Below, one piece after another: positions 55,897 through 64,000 of a stretch of 64,000 nt of DNA. The DNA lies in contig JAEOTO010000015.1 in the NCBI GenBank assembly GCA_016839805.1, forward strand, positions 21,778 through 85,777, given 5' to 3'. Position 1 is the stretch's first letter. Each line of letters starts with the position of its first letter. Below the pieces are notes generated by a model that worked only from the letters and a program-made list of their open reading frames with translations, had not been told where the DNA came from and searched no databases. The position numbers were made by a program, and so were the translations under genes. The DNA is from Candidatus Hermodarchaeota archaeon. GTDB lineage: Archaea; Asgardarchaeota; Hermodarchaeia; Hermodarchaeales; Hermodarchaeaceae.

Positions 55897-56691
55897 TTAT
55901 AAACTTAAGTGCCTACGCAGTTCTGGAATAAGACCCTGGATGGCGTTGATAGCTGGGGAATCAGCCGCAAAATCTAATGGGGCAATACCTTCGATATTGG
56001 CTTGGCGGATGGCCTTATCAAAGGGTATTACAGTGAGTAGAGGGATATTCAACTCATTTAGAGTTGTTTCGATAACTTCTTTGTCGGTTTCGTCCATTAC
56101 CTTATTCGCTATTGCAAAGACTGTATCGACACCGATATCATGGGCGAGTTTCATGATTCGTCCCACGGTATTGATGGATGTCTGACTTGGCTCAACTACA
56201 ACAAGTAATGCATCCATTCCCTTTGATGTGCCTCGACCAAGGTTTTCAATTCCTGCTTCAAGATCCATCACAAAGGCTTCATCCATTCCAACAATTAAGT
56301 ACCGAATTAGCGCCTTCAGAAGAGCACCTGCAGGACACATACATCCGGATCCTCCAATGGTAACGGTTCCAGCGACAAGGAGGGTAACATTATCTGGTCC
56401 AGCTATTCCAAATTTATCTGCTAAATCGGCTACGTGCGGATTGAGTTTGAACATCTGACCATAAACTTTGGGATCCATACCTGTTCGTTCTTTCACTAAT
56501 TCATCGTTTTCAGTTAGTGGGATAATCTTGTCAGCAACATCAGAAGGAATACCTAACGTTGCAGCCAATGTTGGTGTGGGATCAGCATCTACAGCAAGTA
56601 CTCGGATACCCTCTCGGCCTAATAGACGAGCTAGGGTTCCTGAAACAAGAGTCTTGCCGACACCACCTTTTCCAGCTACTGCGATTTTCAT
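55897..56691 (-). CDS. cooC: CooC/AcsF-type Ni-insertion accessory ATPase (MinD/ParA fold)
   Basis: Deviant Walker A AGKGGVGKT, VDADP, KERTG, the GCMCP CxC metal motif, DLEAGIENLGRGT and VVEPS are all CooC-family blocks. Confidence 0.88.
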   Translation of the reverse strand: MKIAVAGKGGVGKTLVSGTLARLLGREGIRVLAVDADPTPTLAATLGIPSDVADKIIPLTENDELVKERTGMDPKVYGQMFKLNPHVADLADKFGIAGPDNVTLLVAGTVTIGGSGCMCPAGALLKALIRYLIVGMDEAFVMDLEAGIENLGRGTSKGMDALLVVVEPSQTSINTVGRIMKLAHDIGVDTVFAIANKVMDETDKEVIETTLNELNIPLLTVIPFDKAIRQANIEGIAPLDFAADSPAINAIQGLIPELRRHLSL

Positions 56692-56755
56692 TCAATCACC
56701 AACTGCGCGTAGGTACATTTAGCTATTGCTTAAAACCTTCGCCTTTCCCACCATC

Positions 56756-58045
56756 CTACAAAACGGCTAACCATGATGCCAGCTGTTCTAACACTTGTAC
56801 TTCAGTAGGAATGTTAGCTGGTGGCTTAGTTATAGGTTGAACGGGAACAGCGGATCCATCCATTCGGTAAACTACACCAGTCGTTTCTACGCCTGTTACA
56901 GCTGTAGGAATCACAACTGTAGATTCACGTGTTGTAAGACTGGGATGGGTTGAAAGGGTGATGAGTGGAATTTTCTCAAGCGCCCTTGCGATTGGCGCAG
57001 GTAACATACTGAGTGGGTCCCAACCCACGATTAGTGCAGCATCGAACTCGTTAGCGATGAGTCCTTTAAAGACTGATTTGTAGGGTCTAGGGGGTTGACG
57101 GTTGAAATCCACTGAATAGGGTATTTTTGTATCAGTTTGGCTTGCTGTCACAACGCCTATACTATTACAATATGCGACCATAGGAAGAGTAACGCATGGT
57201 CGGCTCTTCTTGTTTAATACTCGAGCGACCTTCGAAAGTAATGGTAATGTTTTCGAAGCATGAGGTGAATGGAGTAACCCATTTCCATAAAAGATTGCGA
57301 TGTAGTTCGCTTCTTGAATTTGTTTAGCAAAACTGAGAAACTCGATGGCGGGTATTCCTCCAACTTTGACAGGTGGGGTTCCAGTTGTGCCCTTGATTTC
57401 AGTTAGGAGCGTAGTTAAAAACTGTTCATCACCATTCTTGAATTCGAGAATGAGTTGGTGGTTGGCCAGTCGCATGGATTCAGTCTGTCGAATATCTAAT
57501 ACGGCAACGGTTCGACTTTCCCGACCCTCTGGTATTTTTTCTCCTGTTGGGAAGACAGTATAACGGCTGGCATGGCGGTGGTGGCTCTCGGCTGGGTTGA
57601 CGCCCCAATAGACGATGAAATCTGCAAGGTTCCGGATATCCTCGAGGTTAACTGTTCCTGTTTCACCACCCACTAACTTATGTTGACGAAGTTGACCATA
57701 CTCAAAGCTTGCGGTGCTATCATAGACTCCCTTCAAAGACTTGGCAAGTTTCAAACCTAAATGTGAAACTTCGATTGGACTATTGGACCAACCAATTAGC
57801 AAGGGACGTTGACTCGAGGAGAGAATGGAACTTGCTTCTTCATAGGCTTTTTTGAATGGAATAGTTTTAGCACTTGTTGATTTGGCTTTCATCTGAGCTT
57901 TCTTTAGCCGCGTTTGACTTCGTATTGACGAATAATAAGCATGACCAAGAGCACATAATCCGAGTGACTGAATGCCAGTTTTTGTTACTTTTGCAGCTAC
58001 ATCATCACAGACAACAGAGCATCCGCAACAAACCGTATCTTGCAT
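56756..58045 (-). CDS. Formylmethanofuran dehydrogenase subunit B-like molybdo/tungstopterin protein (non-canonical active-site position)
   Basis: The N-terminal VCCGCSVVCDD [4Fe-4S] motif, PLLIGWS and ADFIVYWGVNPAESHHRHASR match FwdB/FmdB. The size (429 aa) fits. The expected Cys-His position reads E115-Y116 (see findings). Confidence 0.72.
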   Translation of the reverse strand: MQDTVCCGCSVVCDDVAAKVTKTGIQSLGLCALGHAYYSSIRSQTRLKKAQMKAKSTSAKTIPFKKAYEEASSILSSSQRPLLIGWSNSPIEVSHLGLKLAKSLKGVYDSTASFEYGQLRQHKLVGGETGTVNLEDIRNLADFIVYWGVNPAESHHRHASRYTVFPTGEKIPEGRESRTVAVLDIRQTESMRLANHQLILEFKNGDEQFLTTLLTEIKGTTGTPPVKVGGIPAIEFLSFAKQIQEANYIAIFYGNGLLHSPHASKTLPLLSKVARVLNKKSRPCVTLPMVAYCNSIGVVTASQTDTKIPYSVDFNRQPPRPYKSVFKGLIANEFDAALIVGWDPLSMLPAPIARALEKIPLITLSTHPSLTTRESTVVIPTAVTGVETTGVVYRMDGSAVPVQPITKPPANIPTEVQVLEQLASWLAVL

Positions 58046-58076
58046 AAATTCCCCGACCTACAGGAATGTGCATCCA

Positions 58077-58544
58077 TTACCAGATTTCAATCGCTTTCAC
58101 ATAACAACCTTGTTCACAGACTCGACAATTCATCCGATCTGGAGGAAACCGTCGGCATTTTTCGAGATTAATAATTTTTGCAGTGCCATTTTCAACACGA
58201 AAAACCGTGTCTGTCGACCGAGCAGCTTTACCACTAGCTGTGTCAGGTTCCGCAGAGGCATCTACAGGACATACGACGACACAGTTCCCACAACCGGTAC
58301 ACATGGTATCATCAAGTTTAACTCCCGTTTCTTCAGCAGCCAGTAAGGGTGTTATTAATTCATTGATGGTGGCAAGCTGGGTAGCATATTGTGGGTTCTC
58401 ATGAAGAGGTGGACAATCCTTGAGTTCGACCTCGCGAAGAGCTAGACGTGTCGCAAAAGCCATACAGGTCATTCCACATTGTTTGCAATTGGTTTGGGGA
58501 AGGAGTTTATACAATTGCATTGGATTGAGCTTTTTGTCAACCAT
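58077..58544 (-). CDS. Fe-S protein: RnfB/CdhE-type N-terminal FeS domain plus 2x[4Fe-4S] ferredoxin domain
   Basis: LPQTNCKQCGMTCMAFATRLA...DCP (PF04060-like), then CTGCGNCVVVCP and C..CRVCEQGC. Confidence 0.75.
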   Translation of the reverse strand: MVDKKLNPMQLYKLLPQTNCKQCGMTCMAFATRLALREVELKDCPPLHENPQYATQLATINELITPLLAAEETGVKLDDTMCTGCGNCVVVCPVDASAEPDTASGKAARSTDTVFRVENGTAKIINLEKCRRFPPDRMNCRVCEQGCYVKAIEIW

Positions 58545-58711
58545 TCGATCACGACACAGTTCTTAAGTAATCTTGAACCTGTGTGTACCTTTATCTGTTC
58601 GGTAACGACTATATGATTTGTTGTAGTGTTTGCCTCAATAATTAAATCAGAAGATGGTAAGGTAAGAAGTGTTATAGCGTCTCATGTTGCATCGAAACAT
58701 GGCATAGTCAT

Positions 58712-61174
58712 ATGGTGACATCCGTGTCAAAGTCCACAAAGCGAAAAAAGGCCAAACAAAAAACTTCGCGTAGGAAACCCCGGAAGCAATCTACACCTCA
58801 AGGGGCCCTATTCATTTGTCATTGTGGAAGCAATATTGAAAGTGTTATTGATATTGATCAACTGAAACAGTATTACAAGACGCGACCTAATCTCATTGTG
58901 GTGGATGATGCACACTTTTGTGTTGAACAGGGACTCAATTCGATTCGTGATACAATTCGAGACAATAAAGTTGACCATGTGGTTGTAGCGGCCTGTTCTC
59001 CTCATCTTCATGGAGAATTAATGAGTCAAACCGTAGAAGAGGCTGGATTGAATCGAGGGCACCTTGCTATTGCTAACATTCGTGAACAGTGTAGTTGGGT
59101 CCATTATGGTGACCCGGAAGCAGCGACCACGAAGGCTCGTTTGATGATTGATGCCGCTATGAAAATGGCTGAGCATAGTCTACCTCTCCATTCAATTGAT
59201 ATTCCTATAACAAAACGAGTCCTAGTGATTGGTGGAGGAGTTGCTGGTATTATCACCTCATTACAACTTGCCAATGCCGGCTATGAAGTAATTCTTGTTG
59301 AAAAAACGGGTTTCTTGGGAGGTCACATGGCTAAATGGGACAAGTTGTTCCCAAGTTTGGATTGCAGTTTATGCATTCTAGGACCCATAATGACTCAGGT
59401 TAACACCCATCCCAAAATCAAAACATTAACCCTTAGTGAAATCACAGATGTCCAGGGAACTCCTGGTGCGTATGATGTCCAGATCCACCAAGAACCTCGT
59501 TATGTCGATTTAGAAACCTGTAACGGCTGTAATAAATGTCTTGAAATTTGTCCGATAGAAGAACCCAACGAGTATAATTATGGCTTGGGATCTCGCCGAG
59601 CGATTATCCGACCCTTTCCAAATTCAGTTCCGCTTGCTCCATACATCGATATGGACGCATGTGTCGGCTGTCAATCGTGTGTCGGTGTGTGCGAAAAGGA
59701 ATCTATTCGATTCGAAGATATAGATCGTGATTATACATTCAAAGTGGGTGCCATCGTAGTTGCAACAGGATTCCAACCATTTAACCCACAATCATTAGCT
59801 GAGTATGGGTATGAGAGATATACTGATGTTATTACCGCACCAGAATTGGAACGATTAATGAATCCCACAGGGCCTACAAATGGGATTGTTGTTAATCCAT
59901 CCACTGGTAAGCAACCGAATAAGGTCGCCTTCGTGCAATGTGTCGGGAGTCGCGATATTCGAATTGGTCGACCTTATTGTAGCCGAATCTGTTGTACTTA
60001 CGCTGTCAAGGAAGCAGTGCAACTGCGTTTAGCTCAACCAGAAACGGATGTATACATTTTCTATACCGATATGCGAACCTTTGGCAAAGGTTTCGAAGAA
60101 CTATATGAACGAGCGGCACGAGAACATGGTATCACATTCATTCGCGGTCGTGTAGCAGAAGTCGAAGAGGATCCTCAAACAAAGAAGCTCATTATACGTG
60201 CAGAGGATACCGAACTTTGTGAACCTATTGAGCTACCAGTTGACATGGTAGTATTAAGCGTGGGAGTTGATCCTTCACCCACCAACGCGAAGCTCGCAAC
60301 CATACTTAATATTCCCCTAGATGAAAATAACTTCTTTCTTGAGAAACATCCCAAACTCGACCCAACAGGAACCTATTCCACTGGCATTTTTCTTGCTGGA
60401 AATTCACAGGGTCCAAAGGATATTGCAGATACAGTGGCTCATGCCGGATTAGCTGCAGCTCAGGTTTCCGCCTTACTTCATCGGCGTAAGCTTTCACTTG
60501 AAGTGATCGCCCCACTTTTGGTGGATGCAAATCTGTGTGAGGGATGTAGGCTGTGTGAAAAAACCTGTGATGCCAATGCCATCTCCTTTGAAAATTCTTC
60601 TCTTCCAGAAATTGATGAACTAGCATGTACTGGGTGTGGAGCATGTGTTGCAGCCTGTCCTACTGGTGCTCTAGACCTCCCAGGATATACGCGTCAACAA
60701 TTGATGGCAGCGGTAAATGCGGCCTGTACTGACAACCCATTCCAACCCGTTATTATTGGCTTCCTCTGTAACTGGTGTGCTTATACAGCTGCAGATAGCG
60801 CGGGAGTGAATCGTTTGCGATATCCTCCCCAACTCATTCCTATTCGAGTACCGTGCAGTAGTCGTTTAGATCCACTGCTGATTCTTGAGGCTTTTAGTCA
60901 AGGAGCTGATGGTGTAGCGATTTTGGGGTGTCATGACACTGATTGTCATTACAGGACTGGTGTTGCAAAAGCGAAAACGCGTATTGATAACCTGCTTCCT
61001 CTCCTTGGTGAGATGGGGATTAGTGTTGATCGGATTTTCTTTGGAAGCACCGCAGCGTCAGAAGCTGGACATCTTCAAGAACTCATCTCTGACTTTGTGA
61101 AATTTATTGCTGAGTTGGGTCCACTAGGTGCCGAATTAACAGTGACGACAAAAACTCGTAAGCATAGAAGATGA
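58712..61174 (+). CDS. hdrA: Heterodisulfide reductase subunit A-like flavoprotein fused to an MvhD domain
   Basis: VLVIGGGVAGIITSLQLANAGYEVILVEK...GGHM FAD fold. Inserted ferredoxin motifs: CNGCNKCLEICP, CVGCQSCVGVC, CEGCRLCEKTC, CTGCGACVAACP. C-terminal FLCNWCAYTAAD...RVPCSSR...GADGVAILGCHDTDCHY is MvhD. Confidence 0.9.
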   Translation: MVTSVSKSTKRKKAKQKTSRRKPRKQSTPQGALFICHCGSNIESVIDIDQLKQYYKTRPNLIVVDDAHFCVEQGLNSIRDTIRDNKVDHVVVAACSPHLHGELMSQTVEEAGLNRGHLAIANIREQCSWVHYGDPEAATTKARLMIDAAMKMAEHSLPLHSIDIPITKRVLVIGGGVAGIITSLQLANAGYEVILVEKTGFLGGHMAKWDKLFPSLDCSLCILGPIMTQVNTHPKIKTLTLSEITDVQGTPGAYDVQIHQEPRYVDLETCNGCNKCLEICPIEEPNEYNYGLGSRRAIIRPFPNSVPLAPYIDMDACVGCQSCVGVCEKESIRFEDIDRDYTFKVGAIVVATGFQPFNPQSLAEYGYERYTDVITAPELERLMNPTGPTNGIVVNPSTGKQPNKVAFVQCVGSRDIRIGRPYCSRICCTYAVKEAVQLRLAQPETDVYIFYTDMRTFGKGFEELYERAAREHGITFIRGRVAEVEEDPQTKKLIIRAEDTELCEPIELPVDMVVLSVGVDPSPTNAKLATILNIPLDENNFFLEKHPKLDPTGTYSTGIFLAGNSQGPKDIADTVAHAGLAAAQVSALLHRRKLSLEVIAPLLVDANLCEGCRLCEKTCDANAISFENSSLPEIDELACTGCGACVAACPTGALDLPGYTRQQLMAAVNAACTDNPFQPVIIGFLCNWCAYTAADSAGVNRLRYPPQLIPIRVPCSSRLDPLLILEAFSQGADGVAILGCHDTDCHYRTGVAKAKTRIDNLLPLLGEMGISVDRIFFGSTAASEAGHLQELISDFVKFIAELGPLGAELTVTTKTRKHRR

Positions 61175-61288
61175 AGGCTTATAGTTGGTTTCGCTCTCCT
61201 ATTAGACCAAGTCTAGGATGGCAACAACCATTAAAGGTGTTAATTTGTAAGGCTAGAATAAGAACCTCTATTTGAAGAGATGCTCTAG

Positions 61289-62773
61289 ATGACCAAAGCG
61301 CAAAGGGACCGCATCATTGTTGGTGAACGCCCCAAAGTAACCAGTGAGGTTCTTGACGATACTAATATCCGCTATAATTGGAAAACCTCAATTCTTTATA
61401 AAAATCTGAAATATGACTTATCCCGTTGTGTTGGGTGCAGTCTCTGTCTTCCTTGTCCCTGGGATGCTATTACTTTAGGACCCGTTCAGGAAATTGCAGC
61501 AGGACGCCTTGAGGGCGCTCCCTTGATTTTGATTGATGAGGATAAATGTACTTTCTGTGGGTTATGTGATTCAGCCTGTCTTTTCAATGCCATAGAAGCT
61601 CGATTTGATGATATACCCGCAGATGCCCAATATTCTCGTTTAAAGGGAAAACATGAACTTGACGAGGACAAATGTGCCCCCTGTCTGCTTTGCGCGAAAA
61701 TCTGTCCAAGGGATGCAATATCCGTTGATCTGAAGGTTACACCTAAAACCGAACTCGTTCAATACAAGAATCCCAAAGCGGCCCAACGTGTAGCCGATGG
61801 TGTCCCTGATGCAAAAGGCTCAATAAAAATTGACGAGGACAAATGTACCTGGTGTGGACTATGCGAACTACTTTGCCCGGAATGTATCACTATCTACTGG
61901 CTTGAAGAGAAGCCCAAACCTCCTGATTTTACTGCAGCTGTTGGCATCAGGGTAGACACCAAATATTGTGACTATTGTGGTCTATGCGAAAAGATCTGTC
62001 CCTCTGATGCTGTTCATGTTGAATGTGAGAGTTCACCACACCGTACCATTAAAGATCCAGAAGTCGATGGCACCATGACCATTGATGACGGATTGTGCGT
62101 GGATTGTACGCTTTGCGCTGATAAATGCCCTTATGAAGCCCTTGATGTCACTCTCCCCTTAACTGGAGCTATTGAGATTCAAAACCTCGAAAAATGTGAT
62201 CCCACAGGCTGTGTTAATTGCTTCAATATCTGTCCAACAAAAGCTATCTATGCCACAGGAGATAAGGACAAAATCGCAATAAATGAAGAGATCTGTGTTT
62301 TTTGTGGGGCATGCGAAAATGCATGTCCCGAACAGGTTCTGAAGGTGACACGTGACAGTTATCAATTGTCTCAACTTGAGAAAGCTCGGGACTGGGAACG
62401 CGCTCGCGCACACAGATTCTATGACCACTTAATCGGACGTGATATTCCACCCAACGATATCTACGAGCGAATCATTAAGGTCCCCCCAGTAAAACATCCA
62501 CCTGGGGTACAGACCAAAACGGAAAAGTGGTCTACAGATACAGCAAGCCGCCATTTAGCCCAAGACCGAATTCAAAAACTACAACAAATCATCCGAAAGA
62601 ATTGGCGGCTTCGACTACTCTTTGAAAGAGGTCGCATTGATCCGCTCTGTACTGCGGTCCAAAAAGAGGTTAATAACAAAAAAATATCTAAAAGTAAAAG
62701 CAACACAGCGCCTGTAAAACACAAGGACCCAGCAAAAAAATATAGTAAAAAAACTAGACCCAAAACCCGATGA
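61289..62773 (+). CDS. Polyferredoxin with eight [4Fe-4S]-type motifs (FwdF/MvhB-like) and a Lys-rich C-terminal tail
   Basis: Eight Cys motifs were counted: CVGCSLCLPCP, CTFCGLCDSAC, CAPCLLCAKICP, CTWCGLCELLCP, CDYCGLCEKICP, CVDCTLCADKCP, C..CVNCFNICP, CVFCGACENACP. Confidence 0.88.
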   Translation: MTKAQRDRIIVGERPKVTSEVLDDTNIRYNWKTSILYKNLKYDLSRCVGCSLCLPCPWDAITLGPVQEIAAGRLEGAPLILIDEDKCTFCGLCDSACLFNAIEARFDDIPADAQYSRLKGKHELDEDKCAPCLLCAKICPRDAISVDLKVTPKTELVQYKNPKAAQRVADGVPDAKGSIKIDEDKCTWCGLCELLCPECITIYWLEEKPKPPDFTAAVGIRVDTKYCDYCGLCEKICPSDAVHVECESSPHRTIKDPEVDGTMTIDDGLCVDCTLCADKCPYEALDVTLPLTGAIEIQNLEKCDPTGCVNCFNICPTKAIYATGDKDKIAINEEICVFCGACENACPEQVLKVTRDSYQLSQLEKARDWERARAHRFYDHLIGRDIPPNDIYERIIKVPPVKHPPGVQTKTEKWSTDTASRHLAQDRIQKLQQIIRKNWRLRLLFERGRIDPLCTAVQKEVNNKKISKSKSNTAPVKHKDPAKKYSKKTRPKTR

Positions 62774-62775
62774 TC

Positions 62776-63153
62776 TTAGGGTAATTCCTTGATTTTGGTA
62801 AGGGGTCCCTTACTGGGTTTAATAATGACCGTTGTGCCCTGGCTAGGGATCATGGATTCAATGACCGCGTATGCCCAAGGACTGGGTTGCATAACCACAA
62901 TGCTTTCCGGTTGTTCTTCTTTCAATTTCGCTGCCACAACCACAGAACCAATTTTCGAACCCACCTCGACAAAATCGCCTTCTTTTATATCCAATCGCTG
63001 TGCATCACGAGTCGAGAGAGTAATTTGGGCTGCGACCTTCTCGTATTCTTTGGATATTGTTCCTTGACTTATCTGAACCACATCGACATCCAGTGCCCGG
63101 GCTAGAACTAATTGCGCTTCTATCTGTGGGTAAAGGAAATCACGCAGTGCCAA
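62776..63153 (-). CDS. Formylmethanofuran dehydrogenase subunit D-like (molybdopterin dinucleotide-binding beta-barrel domain)
   Basis: 125 aa. ITLSTRDAQRLDIKEGDFVEVGSKIGSVVVAAKLKEE..ESIVVM is the Molydop_binding pattern of FwdD/FmdD. It is convergent with the polyferredoxin gene, with 2 nt between the stops. Confidence 0.7.
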   Translation of the reverse strand: MALRDFLYPQIEAQLVLARALDVDVVQISQGTISKEYEKVAAQITLSTRDAQRLDIKEGDFVEVGSKIGSVVVAAKLKEEQPESIVVMQPSPWAYAVIESMIPSQGTTVIIKPSKGPLTKIKELP

Positions 63154-63287
63154 GATTATTCACCAATACTACCTTATACAAACAAGACCCCTTTTTTCCT
63201 CTTTTCATAATTCAACAGAAAGCATAATAGGCTCAAACCATCAGCGGAAGCACGGGAAATTCACGCAGTTAACTCTGGAGAAGAATA

Positions 63288-63968
63288 ATGGTGGCCTATT
63301 CTAGTGTAACTCGTCCATTACAACCCTTTATGACATACACGCTGATTCTGTTAAACACCACCATTTTCATTCTGCAAACCATGTATTTCCCACTCACTTA
63401 CCTCTTTGCCATGTACCCCATCCAAATAGTAACAGGGCAGAACCTCCATACCCTCATTACAAGCACCTTCTTGCACGCCGACTTCTTCCACCTGCTCATT
63501 AACATGTATTTTCTCTACATCTTTGGAAGCGTTGTCGAACGCGAAATGCACCCCTTAACCTACCTCCTCCTCTACACCCTCGCTGGAATAATCGGTGGAC
63601 TTGGTCATATTCTCATCGTTTTTACTATTAGTCTGCCCCTCGACCCATTAGGACCCCTTATCCCCACCATTGGCGCATCAGGTGCCATCTTTGGAATAAT
63701 GGCTGCATACGCCTATCTCCTTCCTCGACGGCCTGTCGGAGTATATGGTGCCACACGCACAATGGGCGCATGGAATCTCATCATCTTCTATTTCATCATC
63801 GAAGTTATGTCAATTTTCATCTCAATTGGCAGTGGTGTTGCCCATGGTGCTCATGTTTTTGGCTTTGTCGGGGGTTACCTTTTTGCCCTCTTGTATCGAA
63901 ACATTCGTTTACAAATGAATCGACGAAAACCCGGTGCAGAATACGATCCCTATGAGTACTATGTATGA
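63288..63968 (+). CDS. Rhomboid family intramembrane serine protease
   Basis: HADFFHLLINMYFLYIFG (HxxxN region), catalytic GASGAIFG, and AHGAHVFGFVGG (catalytic His). Six TM helices. Confidence 0.88.
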   Translation: MVAYSSVTRPLQPFMTYTLILLNTTIFILQTMYFPLTYLFAMYPIQIVTGQNLHTLITSTFLHADFFHLLINMYFLYIFGSVVEREMHPLTYLLLYTLAGIIGGLGHILIVFTISLPLDPLGPLIPTIGASGAIFGIMAAYAYLLPRRPVGVYGATRTMGAWNLIIFYFIIEVMSIFISIGSGVAHGAHVFGFVGGYLFALLYRNIRLQMNRRKPGAEYDPYEYYV

Positions 63969-64000
63969 GGTCGTAGGTGGACGTAATGGCAAAGCATGAT

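Noticed and set aside
56756-61174. Selenocysteine (in-frame TGA) recoding in the FwdB-like or HdrA genes.
   Set aside because: Both ORFs are uninterrupted at full expected length, and no in-frame TGA needs to be read through.
1-64000. CRISPR arrays, transposases/integrases, prophage genes, rRNA/tRNA genes and classical defence systems (RM, TA, Cas).
   Set aside because: I looked for short direct-repeat arrays, DDE/tyrosine-recombinase motifs and conserved RNA motifs and found none. The window appears to be non-mobile chromosomal DNA.

Overview
This is a densely coded, archaeal-looking chromosomal window with about 58 protein genes and moderate GC. I found no rRNA, tRNA, CRISPR array, transposase or integrase. 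All family calls come from reading motifs in the supplied translations by eye, with no searches run, so they are motif-level assignments. Lineage is an inference. The archaeal acetyl-CoA decarbonylase/synthase genes, the Fwd-like and HdrA-MvhD genes, a Rab-like GTPase-derived protein and many sequon-rich, C-terminally anchored surface proteins fit an Asgard-type (Loki/Thor-like) or Bathyarchaeia-like anaerobe. The window has four parts. (1) 1-13.6 kb holds accessory genes: a C45 hydrolase, an Atl-like protein, gamma-glutamyltransferase, an MFS transporter, MBL hydrolases, and two BtrH-like proteins tied to wHTH regulators. (2) 13.8-20.8 kb is one 2308-aa gingipain-like (peptidase C25) surface protein with an internal tandem module duplication. 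(3) 20.8-44 kb holds DNA-alkylation and crosslink repair genes (AlkD-like, YcaQ/AlkZ-like, a SplB-like radical SAM, Fpg/Nei), two ABC systems, PadR/ArsR regulators, a beta-helix surface protein and small metal-binding proteins. (4) 44.4-63.2 kb is a Wood-Ljungdahl/redox island: cdhA-B-C-D without cdhE, then cooC, an FwdB-like gene, an Fe-S protein, an HdrA-MvhD fusion, an 8-cluster polyferredoxin and an FwdD-like gene, interrupted by three tandem ICMT-family paralogs. The most unusual items are four. One is a zinc-ribbon protein fused to a Rab-like domain that has lost all GTP-binding motifs, inside an ArsR-headed five-gene cluster. Another is an FwdB-like protein whose expected metal-ligating Cys-His pair reads Glu-Tyr. 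The third is the Fwd-like/HdrA-MvhD/polyferredoxin/CooC neighbourhood, which lacks FwdA/C and HdrB/C. The fourth is a decayed trxB fragment exactly where cdhE would be expected.
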